Shown here piece by piece: positions 35,870 through 48,749 of a DNA stretch of 64,000 bases. This stretch comes from Raillietiella orientalis (Eukaryota): the NCBI GenBank assembly GCA_036172245.1, contig JAYWIR010000035.1:1984001-2048000 (forward strand), written 5' to 3'. Both the position numbers and the translations under genes were made by a program. The notes below the pieces were generated by a model, which saw only the letters and a program-made list of their open reading frames with translations, had not been told where the DNA came from and ran no database searches. Each line of letters starts with the position of its first letter. Within the stretch, counting starts at the first letter, position 1.

Positions 35870-36900
35870 TAATGGAGTCGAGGGAAGCCATCTCGCTGCG
35901 CTCCGTAGCATCCCCAAGAGGGCGGTCTTTAAAAGGTCCTGGCGGAGTGCTGCCCCAAGATGAGTCACTCAGTGCCGCTTATGCAACACAAAATCGTGAC
36001 TACCTCCTGGGAGCGGCGAGGGTCATCCTGGACGAAGAAATGCCCCGTTCTTTGGCAGTGTCTTCCGGGTGGAAAACGAGAAGCACTTCCGTCCAACAGA
36101 AGGTGCCGGTGAGTTCTTCGGTTCTTCGTTCTTCGGATGCGGACTCCTCCAGCTCCGTCATGTGATGGCAGCGCCTGTTGCACGGGAAACTCCCGTAAAG
36201 GGCTATGCCGTGTGTGGCATGCTGAGGAGGAGTTGTTAAAAGGGCACGGAAGGGACGGAGGCAAGGAGAGGTACTTTGACTGGGAATCTCAAGTTCTTCT
36301 GCAGTTTCTCAGAGGTCCCCATCTATATTTTCTTCCTCTAGTGAGGGATACTAGTCAGGAGAGCGATGGGAACCACGGAAACGTCCCTGGCGCGGACGCG
36401 ACACTCCCATTCCATCCTCGTAGCCTCTGCTGCTCGTAAGTGGCGGAAAATAGCCAACGGGTAGACCACTGGTAAAGCCAACGACGCCAGTAAGGTCTGA
36501 GGAACATTGTGTCAGAGAGGTCTTGTATCTTCGCTATGCGTAGTCTCAACCGTACTGAAGATTTCTTTGCTCATTCTAGCAGCTCCTGTGGAAAGGTGTT
36601 CACGATGCCTCGTGCCCTACACTCTCTGGAAGTGCTCTCTGCAGAGGCGTGGTGCCACTCTTCGTAATGGATAAAGCTCAGTGTACCGTCAAGGTACACT
36701 GGTGCCTTATGGCGAAGTAGAGGTAAGGATGGGAGTCTCCAGTAGGTGTCCTTGGATATCCAAGATCGGGACGTCTCCTCGAGGAATTCCAAGGAAGTTT
36801 CTCCATCTCTGAGAGCCGTGGGCACGACTTTCCACGCTAGGCGCATGATGTCCCAGCTGCACGATGGGCTTCGTAGCTCCTGCAATGTCAGGTGTAAACG
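35870..36900 (-). mobile_element. decayed LINE RT N-terminal fragment
   Basis: HLTLQELR...DGETSLEFLEE (cf. ITxEEL...DGLPxEF), followed by KIQDLSDTMFLR. Confidence 0.4.
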
Positions 36901-37299
36901 TTTGCAAGAAAAAGAAGAAGGAAAAAAAGGGAAGGAAGTGGAGGGAACCAGTACTTTGGGATGGAAGAAATAGACACAGTGAAAACTGTGTCCAATTTTT
37001 TTTTTTTTCCTTAAGAGTTTGCAGGTTTTCTGGAGCATACGGAAAATAGGTGTGATCATTGTGAAGGGAGAGGTGAATACGAGAGGATTAATTGAAGGCA
37101 GAAGGATCGGCTGAAGGCAAGACTGGAGATGAAGGGGCTGTGCTGCCGATCTACACTCAGCATCTCATGCGACTACGAATGTGTCACGGCGAACTTTGAG
37201 TCCCTCTTGCACGTCACAGAGACATAGCCTTTATTGGACTCGTCACTAGGGTTCCGCTTGCTGCATCTCACCGTCACCAAAGGTCTTCCACGCCTAGTG

Positions 37300-39200
37300 A
37301 CCTTCCGATAGAAGCAGCCAGAGGGGAGGAAACAGAGTCGGGGAGGTGGTCTGAGACGAAGATGGGATTTTGGATTCCGAAATCAACGAGGATAAGTCTA
37401 AAACTCGAGCGGAAATGAAGAGAACGGTAATTGACACATCGCGACTGATGGTATGCAATCATACATTGCGCCCTGCGTGTTTCGTAGTGCACACAGCAGG
37501 AGGTCAAGGATCCTTGGCACCCTTGTTCACGGCATCTGCAGAGGTTCGTTCACGGAGCGCAAGCTTCCCTGAGAGCTTCGGAAGCTGGCAAAACATTACA
37601 GTCATCGATTCAGCGTCTCTCGAAGATTCGAGTCGGAACACTCCTGCGGCAACCGAACCTTCCCTGGTTCGGTGCGTCGGAGACTCGGATCCCCAACGCT
37701 CCCGGAGCGGAAAGAACAAAACAATTGAGGGCCCACTAGGTTGAGGGTGGAAGCAGAAAGGCCGACTGGCTGAAGGTTGGTTCCAGAAGACGCTTGCTCT
37801 CTCTCTGAGACTCCAGGAGCATCTCTCTGAAGGTGAGATGAGAAGGCGTAAACCACCATATAAAAGCTTTCATCCCGTCGTCAGGGCCACCGTCTCTTTT
37901 CAAAGATTCGGGAAACCTTCCTTACGTCTTCACAAGAGCTCTGCATGCCAGCAAGAGAAATAAAAGAACACCACGGAGGAGCAAATGCAGCTTACAGACG
38001 GAGAAAGGAAAGGAATCAGTCGAAACGGGTCCAATCGAAGAGGCGACAGAGATCCACCCGAGGAGTGAGCCCATAGCGTCAGTTGAGAGGAAGCTCTCAT
38101 CCACCCGTTTCAGCACCTCGTGGATTGCAGATATTTCGTTTCAGCAAGCCACGATCACCCGACTCTGGGAGGAATGGCCCCCCACCTTCCTGCTCCAAGG
38201 ACTCAGACACAGCTCACTGTCACTCCTCTGAGGGGGTTGAGGGATGATTTTTCCCTTGAGATGACCTTTTCCGGAAAACCGCGCTCCGGCTGCCTGAGGA
38301 ATCCTTCCGGTGAAGCAACATCCGCAGATATGCAGCAACTCCAGGAAGAAGGTCTTCATGGAGTTGCTGCAGAGAAGCAAGGAAGAGGGAGTGCAAGAGT
38401 ATTTCAGGGAACCTTTCAGAGGATGCTGCGAAACCTCATCTTGCCAGAAACTAAGGAACTGAAGGAGGAAGACAGAGCAGAGCGAAGAAGGAAGAGGAAA
38501 ACATCACTTGTCGGAGGGTCTCCATGGGATCCGCTGGCAGAAGAGAGGGCAGGACGAGATAAAGAGTTACGGGCGAAAAGAGGAGAATGGAAAGAGGAGC
38601 AGTCGAGTGGTACTCACTACGAAAGAGAGAATGCTGAATGGTCAAGAAAAAAGGCTGGGTTTCAAAGAGGCACCAAATGGACCTTGCTCAGGGGAACCCT
38701 GAAAGGTCTTCCCCTGCTTCACTGTGCCCCCTCCCCCCTCCTCCTACAGCCAGTATTCCGAGTGGACCTTTCCTCTTTCGTGCTTCACCTTCCTGTCATG
38801 TGATTCCTGATGACGCAACGAAGGGGAGATGATTTCTGTGAGCGTCAGTAAAAAGGAATTGCGGAGGCAGGGTTCGGGGATGCACACAGAGCTATTCAAG
38901 CAGGGGCGGATGCGAGGAGCAGGTGAAAGTGATCGCGGCCTTCGTGGTCCACATGCAACAGCGAGAAGACCTCTCCGTAAAACACAACGGACGATCCGCT
39001 CACCGAAAAGGTCGCAAAGAGAGAGGCGGGAGTCGGCTTTTTCTCCCTCAAGGCGCGAGCTCGAAGACTCGAGGGAACGCGCGCAACGGACCGCAAGCCG
39101 GTAATCTTCGCCGGTAACTCTTGGGGCTTACACACGGTGGGGGGATTTTGCGGGGACATCCAGACTTTCCACGAGACCGCGAGAGTCATAGGGGGGAAGG
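37300..39200 (+). mobile_element. decayed LINE fragment (ORF1 knuckle remnant, EN-RT linker)
   Basis: RPACFVVHTAGG knuckle-like; ELRAKRGEWKEEQSSGTHYERE resembles the RxRxxWxEEGExxTxYF linker. Confidence 0.45.
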
Positions 39201-40151
39201 GGGTGATCCCCTTTCGCGCGCCGCCGTGAAGTATCCCGAAAAGTTCGCCCGTTCACCCCCCAGCGCACCGATGGCTGCACGGGGATGGCTGCCCAGCTTC
39301 CCGAAAAGGAGCCGTCTACGAAGCAAAAACCAGTCCGCGACAACGGCGATGAGGATGCCGGCAGGGCTCCTCCCAAAGGCGCGCATCCTCTGAGCTTCAC
39401 GCCCGCCGAGATAAACGGCGCAGCGGACTGTCAGTTCAGGCCGAAACCAAGAAGAGATCATCAGCCGCCTTGCGATTTCCGCTCGTCTAAAGTCCGCTCG
39501 CCTGACGTGGACGCCGGCCAGAACGCATGTGCCGAAGTCGAGGAGAGCTGCGCGCTTTCTTTCTTTTTTTTTTACGATAGGTCAGCACCGTCTGAGTGGG
39601 GAAGAAAAGGGGGGAGGGAGGAGAAAAGAAATGCACTCACGAGATCACACGAAGGGTTATGGAAATTGCGACGCGAAAAAGAAGTGATTGTGATGTTTTC
39701 CTCGAGAACTCCATAGCGGTCCGGGTAACTTGACAAATGATAGCCGTTTCCATTCCAGAAATCATTTCTCGTATCGATCTCGTTAGAATTTCAGAGATCA
39801 TGTGGGAGCTCCTCTCTGCCTCATGCTTCTAACCTCATCTCTGGGGGAAAGGACACGCAGTAGTACACGTTTCCTTTTCAGACAAAGAAAATGAAGGATC
39901 AGTGAATTATTTCTTGCCTTTGAAGCATTTTTTTTTGTGTGTGTCTTTTCCCCTCGGTTCCTTCCCTCCTCGGTCTTTTGGCTAAGATCAAAGTGTAGTC
40001 TCGGTTTCCTTCGTGTCTCTCTGTGTGTTTTTTTTCCTCGAAATTTTAGCCTTCCTTTGCTTTCAAGTACTTTGCTTTTGCAGTGGCGAAAGATTCGCGG
40101 CAAAGAGCTCTGACCCACTTCCGGTGATGGTTGTACTGATTTTTTTTTTTT

Positions 40152-40155
<4 letters not shown>

Positions 40156-40182
<27 letters not shown>

Positions 40183-40192
40183 TTGTGTGTTT
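40156..40192. repeat. (GT)n microsatellite preceded by poly-T
   Basis: directly visible. Confidence 0.95.
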
Positions 40193-43100
40193 GGTTAAGA
40201 GTTCACTTTATCGTACGCCAAATCACAAAGTCAGGGCGGCGATCTAACCACACAATTATTCTTCCCTTTAGGTGAAATATGTTATAAAAAAAATCCCCAA
40301 AGTCCGTTCCGAAGTTTCGGCACCAATTTCTCCGTGTCACTTGGTCTCCCTTTCCCACCCTGGGCTAGGAAAAATTCCTTCCATTCGCTCGGAAATTTGA
40401 ATCGACCAATCGGGGTGGAGGTTGGGCACGAACGAGCCAATGAAATTCCTTCCAATGGCGTGCGATTCGGAAGTTGTGCAAAAAAAATTAATCTCGGATC
40501 CGCGAGGCCAAAAAGCTATTAAATTAAACGAGATAATTATGAACTCGTTTGCGAATCCCACGAGAAAATTTTCTAGGTGATTTCTGCGAATGGCCGTTTT
40601 GATGGAAATTTTCCGCCCAAACTGTTCGCCCATTCGAACGCTCTTGGGCGAGCGGCGAGAGACGCCTTCGATTTGCGTTTCTCTCTGCCGGGAGAGCAGC
40701 AGCTGTGAGGCGGATCTGGAGCCGAGGGCTGCTGCTGCTGCCGCTGCTTGAAGGGGCCGTTGTGCTCCCTATCACGAAGAGCCACGGCTCGTTAGGAACC
40801 GGGAGGCCTCTTTAAAAAACAAAAACCAAGGAATTTTCCCATCCCGAGTAGATCCGGAATACGTGATTACGAAGGTCCTGGGAAACTGTGTCAAACGTCG
40901 CCGGTACTTGAAATTGCAACCGGAGGCGGAAGACGACGAGTACACCAACGCCAGGTGAGGGGTGGGAAGGCAGCTACAGCAACGCAGTATCCGCAAATAC
41001 CCCAAGTGCGGATGTTCGGAAGTGCGTGCATCACGTGTGCATCCAGAATAATAAACCCGTTTTTTTTTTTTAATTTTTTTTTTTTCCACAAAAAAAGGAG
41101 CAATAAATCTCAATATCCGTTTGGGCAGCGCGTAATGTGATCTGCGAGGTCGGAGCAAGCAGCGGCGACTCGTGACGGTAGCGTTTGCTGTTCCAGATAA
41201 GCCAAATGGGGAGAAGTTGCAGTGTTTTTCGTAGTTCCCCCTTTTGCGGGAACGCATCCGATGAAGAATGTTCCCTCAACGCGGTCCCGGCGGAGGCGGC
41301 GGTCTCGACAGGTCGCATCCTGGCGTGGACCGTCTCCAGTCCGCTAGAGCTATGCTGCCTGTTTTTTTTTGTCTTCGGCCAGGAACCTCTCTCCGGATGC
41401 ATTTCTCAAAGATGCGTGCTGCGGAGCGTGCCTCCCCCCGCAGAAATCTCGGCGACTCTTCTCCGACGGACCCTGTCCGTTTTTGTCCCTCCTTCGGAGA
41501 CTCGAATCAGCCGTCAAGCAAGCTCTTCCTGCCGTGAGCCGCCTCCACTACGGAGAGCGGAGATGCATGTTCGCGGGCAACCTGAACGGTCCAACGTGAT
41601 CGGTAAATTCCTCCTGCTCTTCCGGGCTGAGGATGGACGCCCGAAAGACGACAGAAAGAGGAGCTCTTTCGGTACTCCTTTTTTCCCGAGGGAACGGAAG
41701 GGATGGGGGGGGGGGGGCGGGAGGAAGCCACGCGCGGGAGGAAGGCCTTCGAACACGGAAGACGGACCTCGCCTCTTTGGAACTCCTGAGGAAGATTAAG
41801 CTGCATCCCTCGGTTCCCCCAGGAACGAAGGCGGCGCCTCTGTACGGATTTCGAAAAGAACGAGCGAGCGACGGGGCAGTGCAGGCGCACGTAAAAACCG
41901 CCCACCTTCGTCGCCAGCTATCATCTCGCCAACCACCACGACTTCATCGATTTGCCATAATGCGAGGACCCCACCACCACCACCAGAAAGGTGTGCTCTT
42001 CGTATTCGCTCCCCCCCCCCCCCCGCGGCAGCAGGAGCTCGGTTAGGCTTGCGAAACACCGAATGGAAGAGGCAGATGCAGAAGCAGAACTCTCGGGTAC
42101 AGCAAGGCCACAAAAGGTCTCGGCGGGACAACGGGAACAACGGCAACGATTAGAACGGCGTGTTTGTTCATGCGGAGCAGACGCCCTGTCGAGGTTGGGA
42201 GGACTGGTGACAGCTTTCAAGGAAGAAGGGATCTCCTCCAGGGGGACACTTCAGGATGGCGGAGGCGGAAGGTGAAACGCTCCCGGCGCCCAACGCGGCT
42301 ATTCGCTGAGAGCTCCGGGCTGCTGCTCGTGCTGTTCTTGACGCTGGAATGCAACCGCTTTGCCAGAAGCGGCAGATTCATCTCCCTGTTGTCCCTGGAC
42401 GCTCGTGTCTTTTACTCGTGAGTAGAAGACATGACCGTCCAGAGAACAGGGAGAACTTCCCCTGGGGTGAGCCGTGTTTTTTTTCCCTTCCTTTCTGCTT
42501 ACTTTCCTCCCTTCCCCTCCACCGTCTTCATGCGTCCCAGTTGACGCGTTGATCGGCACAGGGTGCGGCTCCTCGAATAGTATCTGTCATCGTGGCGCCA
42601 TGAAGATGCGAGAGATGCCCTCAAGAAAGGGGTACTGGGATTTTCTACATGAATGCAAAGGGTAGATGGAGGAACGAGTATTTGGCATGGAAAGCCAGTA
42701 AAGGAGCACGTAGAGAGACCCCACCACCACCGCCAGAAAGGTGCGCTCTTGTAGTCAAGGTAATCCTCGGGTAATCCTCTTGTGAGTATCTTCTCTCTAG
42801 GCCTTCCTCCCATCTGGAGACGAGCTCTTCATAACTCTCGGTCTCTCGTCGCTGCCGGCAGCGTAAGAACCTTTCCTTCCTGCTGGTCTCTCACTCTTTT
42901 TTTTTCTTCCGTTGCGGCAGCCTCGTTTTTTCTGAGGGTTTCGCAGAATCGTCACTTTTGTGTTCCCCCCGTATTCCTGTGACAGATACTGTCGCTGTCA
43001 TGGCTGCCTGTGTCTTCATCTTCACTACTGCTGTCAACATCGTGAAGTTAACTTTGTAATCGCTGCTGCTAATGAGGGTGGCATTCGTGCTGCTCTCAGC

Positions 43101-44311
43101 GTCTGGTCGCCTCTGCCGTTGGTGCTGCAGTTTTCGCAACCGTCGTTTCTTCTTCCGCCAGCACCTCTGTACTTCCTAGTACCGCTGCTACTGTTGCTTC
43201 GTCTTGTGATTAAGTGGTTCCGGAGATGGAGACCCCTCCTCCCACTGCGCGATCCGTTATGTCCAGCATAGTCCTCACAAAGGACGCTGCATGTCCTTCC
43301 CTGCGGTCTCAAGAATCTCAAGATCTGGCCGCTAGCAGAATCCTGTGCCTCTTGAGAACTCGCCGTTTTTCATGCCGATGCCATCAGGACCACACAGCAG
43401 AAACGCCCTCCCTTCCTTCCGGGAATTCCCGAGCTTCTTGCCTGTTTGGAGTACTGTTGACTCGCAATGCTCCGTCGCAGCTATGGAAACCGTAAATCCC
43501 AGAGAGCGCCCCCTTTGCCGCTCTGGTAGAAAAGGCAGCTCTTTCGTCTGTTGCTCAGAAAAGTATCGAGCAAGAGAAGAAGAAAGGGAATGGTGAAAGG
43601 GAAGTTGAAGGGATTCTGAAGATTTGGAGACTATGTAAGAGAATGCCCGTTTCCGAGGTCAATCCCAATCCACAGCCAATCCCACCTTTGATCCGTGTCC
43701 AGCAAGTAGGTGCGTGCAGCAGCCATTCATTGCGGTGACTCTAGGAGGGCATGGAGATGGTGGAGGTACGTCGTTCAAGCGGATGAGCTCAGCAGTGTGG
43801 GCCAAGAGCCTCTTCTCAGAGGGGACTGCTCTTCGCATGGGAGAAGCTCGAGGGAAGTGAACAGAAGACGTTGGTCAGTCTGAGCCAGAGGCGCAGTGTA
43901 GATGACAACTCCTTCCACTTCCGGGGTTTCTGGGGGAAAATACTAGTCCGCTTTAGAGGCATCTCTTCGAGTGTCCCCACTGCTTCCAAGCAAGACAGGC
44001 AGGAGGCAGCAGGAAGTGTTTAGCGGGGTGCAGCACCTCCATGGACTCAGAAGGCCTTTCCTCGGACTCATGAAAAAACAGTCAATATCTGTGAGAAGAC
44101 CAGAACTTCCTCCGACGAGATCAGAGGTCTGCAGCTTCCCAGTCCGCGCTGGCGGCCGTGGCTACACGGTCTCCGCCCGCGGCACTGAGCGCTGCGGGTT
44201 CCAATCGCAGCCTAGGGGAAAGGATCGACGCCAAGAAATGGATGTGTCGTAGGTTTAGAGTCCCTTCCTGCGTAGGATGACTCTGGTTGGCCTATTTGGG
44301 TGCGGCACTAG

Positions 44312-44760
44312 TTGACACCCGGTCACGCTGGGGAGTTTATTTCTAAACCTACATATCTGTGGCAGGACGTTTGATGCTGCCTCGTTACTTATGGATAAGA
44401 AAAGGAGCCTGCCGGGATCTGGCAGGCAGGCCAGTAGGGTTCACCTCGGCAGCATAGAGGAAGAGGAGACAAACAAAAAGAAAAACAAAGAAAACAAAAA
44501 ATGTAATCAAAAAAATGGAGGAGGGGAGTTCGGGAAGGGATCACTGTGTGCTGGAGGGCGTCCTCTGCATCCTTGTAAGGATGCTGGCAAGTTCCTGATT
44601 CATGGTTCCTAGATGGGGCCATCTTGACGCGCTATCCTCATGAAGAGGACAGCAAAATAGATGGCGTCCCTGTAGTGCTGGCCTTCTCTGGCGTTGCTCC
44701 ATGCAGCCACAATCCCGCCGTGTAGGCAACAGAGTGCTCCCGCTTCCCGCACCTTGCACA
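44312..44760 (-). mobile_element. L1/Tx1-like LINE 3' end, copy B (5'-truncated)
   Basis: Reverse complement aligns with copies A and C (gggattgtggctgcRtggag, gtgatcccttcccg, cccggcaggctcc, aaataaa...ccgggtgtcaa). Confidence 0.8.
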
Positions 44761-44764
44761 GTTT

Positions 44765-45555
44765 GGGTTCACACGCCCCCGAGCGTCCTTCCGCGTAGCC
44801 TAAAGAGATGGGGCGAGCTGCTTGGCATCCCGCTGGATGACCTAAAGTGGCCTCCGGTATTCAGAGACGCATCCACCCTCCCCCTCAAGTGGCAGGAAAC
44901 GGCGCTGCTGCTGTTGCACTGGGGTCTTCCCTGCAACGCGCGCCGCCACCACTAGACATTGGGGAACGTGGGGCAGAACTGTGCAGTGTGTGGGGAGAAG
45001 GAATCCGTCCCCCACCTGTTAGTGGACTGTGCTGCCCTCCGGCAATTGTGGGAACGTTTTGCTACGACCCTCCGGATGCCGGTCGGCAGTCCCCCCAGAG
45101 ACGTTGTGCGACTCTTCGTGCGAGACGCCCTGCAACCAGCCTCAGCCCTGGAGCGCTCTGCTGCTTCCGAGGGATTGTGGCTGCGTGGAGAGCAGCCAAC
45201 AGAGGAAGAAGCGATAGGGGCGCCATCGTACACGCGGCTCGCTACCTGCGAATCGCGATCGGCTGGTCCCATCTGGGAGCTATGACGAGGGACCTCGAGG
45301 GCATCCTGGGAAGGATGGACCCTCCCTCCAGCGGATCGTGATCCCTTCCCGGCCCTCCAAAGTGTTTCTTTTTTTGTTGTTTCCTTTATTTTTCTTTTTG
45401 TTTTTTTCCCCCATCCCCCTCCGCTGCTGAGGAGAGTCGAGCCGGTCTGCGTACCTGCTTCCCGGCAGGCTCCAGGATCTATTGGCCGCCACGGGGCCTA
45501 GTACCGCGAATGTACAGAGTGTCGAAATAAAGGCCCCGTCCTGACCGGGTGGCAA
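44765..45555 (+). mobile_element. L1/Tx1-like LINE 3' end, copy C (best-preserved CCHC finger)
   Basis: NCAVCGEKESVPHLLVDCAALRQLW is a canonical CX2C...HX4C zf-RVT motif; upstream in-frame TAG; T-rich UTR; AATAAA at 45526. Confidence 0.88.
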
Positions 45556-46299
45556 CGCTCCCGTATCCATAGATGCCGGAGGGTGGCCTTAGTGCAGCAG
45601 CATCAATGCCGACTCCTGACACTTTAAAGGGAGGGTGCGACACTGGAAGAAGCCGGAAACCTCCGGATGGTCCCGGTGACTGGACGGGATTGGAAGTTGA
45701 CCCTCCGGAGTCCTTCAGGGAATTTAAGAACCCTTCGGGCTTCTCCTGCAGTCGTGGAAATGGAGTCCCTCCCCCCTTTCTCCCTCGTGGGGAGACCTGC
45801 TATCTCGTTCCGTGGAGCTGGTTGATTGATACCTTTCCAGAGTGTCAAGAAAGGCGATGGTCCCTTCGGGGAGCGACCCTTCAGAGAAATTTGAAAGCGT
45901 CCCTTCAGGGTTCTCTCTTCAGAGGAGTAAACAAGGAGCGGTTTCCTTGCGAGTTCCCTCCGGAGGAAGCATCAAGAGGGACTCCCACGAACTGGAAGTC
46001 CCTCCAGTGAGAATAAGGAAGAGATTCCCTTTGAGGTTCCCTACTAAACGTGAAAGGAACGGACTCCTTTCTCCAGAGCCTTCCTGGATTCATAGGGTGG
46101 TCCCCATGACTTGAAGAATCAGACGCACCCTCGGGTGGAGTGGGTGGTGCTTAAACAGCTTTGTAAGTCCTCCTTAAGGAGGGGAACGGTTCTTCAGCAC
46201 TGTGCAAACTCTCCATAAAAAAGAAGGAAACGGGAAAAAGTCCAAAGACAGTCTTTCGCTTCCTATCACCGCGGTTCGGCAGATTCCTAGGAGTCATCT

Positions 46300-48300
46300 A
46301 CATCTTTCTCCCTCCCAGCAGCATTGCGAACTTCCCGCTCCTGCTTGTCGCATCATTCTGCATGTTGGTGATCCACGCGGTTCCTACCTTGGGGGTGAAA
46401 TCTTAGTCCGTGGGCGGTGTCTGAGGTCCGTCTCGTGTACCCGAGCTTGCTGCTGCAGTCTTATCTTCTTTCCCGGGATTGGGGACCTCTGGAGTCGTTT
46501 CGACCTCCCGAAGAGTCCCCGGCATGAGGCAGCGAGGTCGAGGGCTACGCTGCTGGTGCCGAAATGCGGTTACACTTCCCTGGTGCGTTCCACGCCCTTT
46601 CGGAAATCTTTTGATCACGACTGCGACACCGCCGATCATCCACGGCATCGGAATGGCAGCGGCATCAGCAGCATCTTTGTCCTTCCGAGTTCGGAATTTT
46701 CCTCAGCTGAGGGGAGTTTGCTTCTCCCCTGTTCAGTTTCCCTTGAGCATCTCATCTCGCCTGGACTTCATCTCCTTCTGTGCAGCTCAGAACCCTCAGG
46801 ACAATGCTGCTAGATGACCTCTCCTTTTTCAGCTGGTTGTCCTTGGCCCAATCTGCAAGGCATGCATCGCCCAGCCGGTTCTATGGAGGACCACAGATCG
46901 TGTCTATCGCGGACGGCTCTGCAAGCTGAGTGTGGAGTGCAGATGCACCAATACACAACGGCCACGCAAGAAGGGAAAACACCTACCTCAAGGGGCGCTC
47001 TCTGGAGAGAGGTACACCTCCATGGTTGCTTGAGATCAATAAAGTGTCTGCATCAGTGCATTCGGAAAAGGCTTTTTGAGACCTCCGACGCATCTTCGCT
47101 TCATCTTAGAAAACATTCGCGAAGATATGCATCTCCAGAGTTGCAAATCTCTTGGAAGTGAGTTCTTAAGCGTTCCTGAAACAGTCAATCTCATTATGAC
47201 TCCAGAGTGCCTGACAAGAAACGAAGAATGAATGCTTAGTGTGCTCTTTCCTATAGCATGTCTGTCTTCAGAGATGACAGTAACTGCCGATATCATGGAA
47301 TTATCAGGTCTGCTACTGGGGCCTACACCCAAGGAGGCTGTAACTCATCTTTCACATCTTTGTTTCATTTCTTCCCTTCCTCTTTCTTTCCTTGTTTTCC
47401 ACTTCTATCCCTCGATTGGATCTACGTTTCTTTGGAGCGCCCGATCTAGAAGACAAATCTCGATTTCTCTTCGGTGAATAAAGATAGTGACAAATGAACG
47501 GATGCAGCATCCGACTCCAACAGCTCCATCTGAAGACCCCTTCCGGTATAGGAAGCCTCTCTTAAGAGGTCACCTTACGAGCGGCCTCGGAGTGCGAAAC
47601 CTCCCCCCTTGCACCAGACGCGTAGCGCTAGTCTCTTGCGTCAGATTTTGCTGCCATTCACGCCCACGAGCCCAGACTCCTCCAGCAGGGGAGTAGATGA
47701 ACGTTTCCAGGAGAGGTATAGAAGTTTATTTAGGATTCTAAGAGAGAGGGCGTCAAGGGAAACATTCTACCTCTTCCTATGATCTCCGTGACTGCCCCCA
47801 CAGTCAAGCAGCTTCGAAGCTTTGCCATTCACCTCTGCATACGTCACAGGCACCGTTGACCTCTTTGGCGACGGTCAGTCTGATCGAGTACAAGATGTGA
47901 GTCATTGAGGCTATGACGGAGGACAAGCTGCAAGCTTTGCACAGAGACTGCTCTACGATTCCCCGGATGCCGATTACTCTTTACATCCCTCAGATGTGTG
48001 GTTCTGGTCGCTGCCGATGACTGTAGCAACCTAGCCGAATGGATGGGTTCATGAGCGAATGCTGCACAGCGGCCGCAGGCAGCCACCACTCCATGAGATC
48101 GAGCGCGAATCCAGAGGAATTTCCCACAGGGATGGGAGATGGGCTCCCCCCTCTTCCAAATAGACACGCTGATGCAATCCTTTCCTTTCATTATCTCTTC
48201 ATCATCCCTCATGCAGCCTACGTCCATGTCATCGGAGTGTTTCTGTCCAAAAAGCAATCGGTTCTCTGCTTTCGGCTTTTAAGAGGAGCCTCCTTAATAT
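46300..48300 (-). mobile_element. decayed LINE fragment (ORF1 zinc knuckle, EN start)
   Basis: AACGRCAAFAH knuckle in ORF 47844..48257; GGVAVVIK EN-like motif at ~46620. Confidence 0.5.
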
Positions 48301-48749
48301 TGACCACCCTTCCAGATTTCGTTGGTCAGAAGAGAGCACCTACTTTGGCCTGGATATTTTTTGGAGCAGGACTGGAATGCATAGAGACGGTTCTTCTCCT
48401 GTAGAGGAGAGCATAGTGTCTACCGGACGACCTCCTTCCCCGGGAGGGCCATGTTGCAGTAACCAATTCAGGGTGCACCTAACTGAGAAGTTTTTTTTTT
48501 TTTTCCCTCGGAGGGGCTCACTCTTCCATGCGCCTATGAAAGGCAAGAGAGGTGGCTCGTGCAAAATCGGAGCTGATGGCCTGCACCGTTCCTGGACTCA
48601 CCACTGAGACCCGACCAAGTGGATGCTCTGCTGATTCGAAAGATATTTTTCGGGTTAAGCCTGGAGAGGGGGAGGGGGAAGGGGAGGAATAAATCGGACT
48701 TTTGAAGCAGGGTCTCACGGAGAGCTGCAGTACGCACCTCCATCCTCAG

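Noticed and set aside
40851..40954. Chromodomain-like candidate exon DPEYVITKVLGNCVKRRRYLKLQPE
   Set aside because: Lacks the aromatic-cage Trp residues and fits the RT motif DYKIxTKVLxNRLK better
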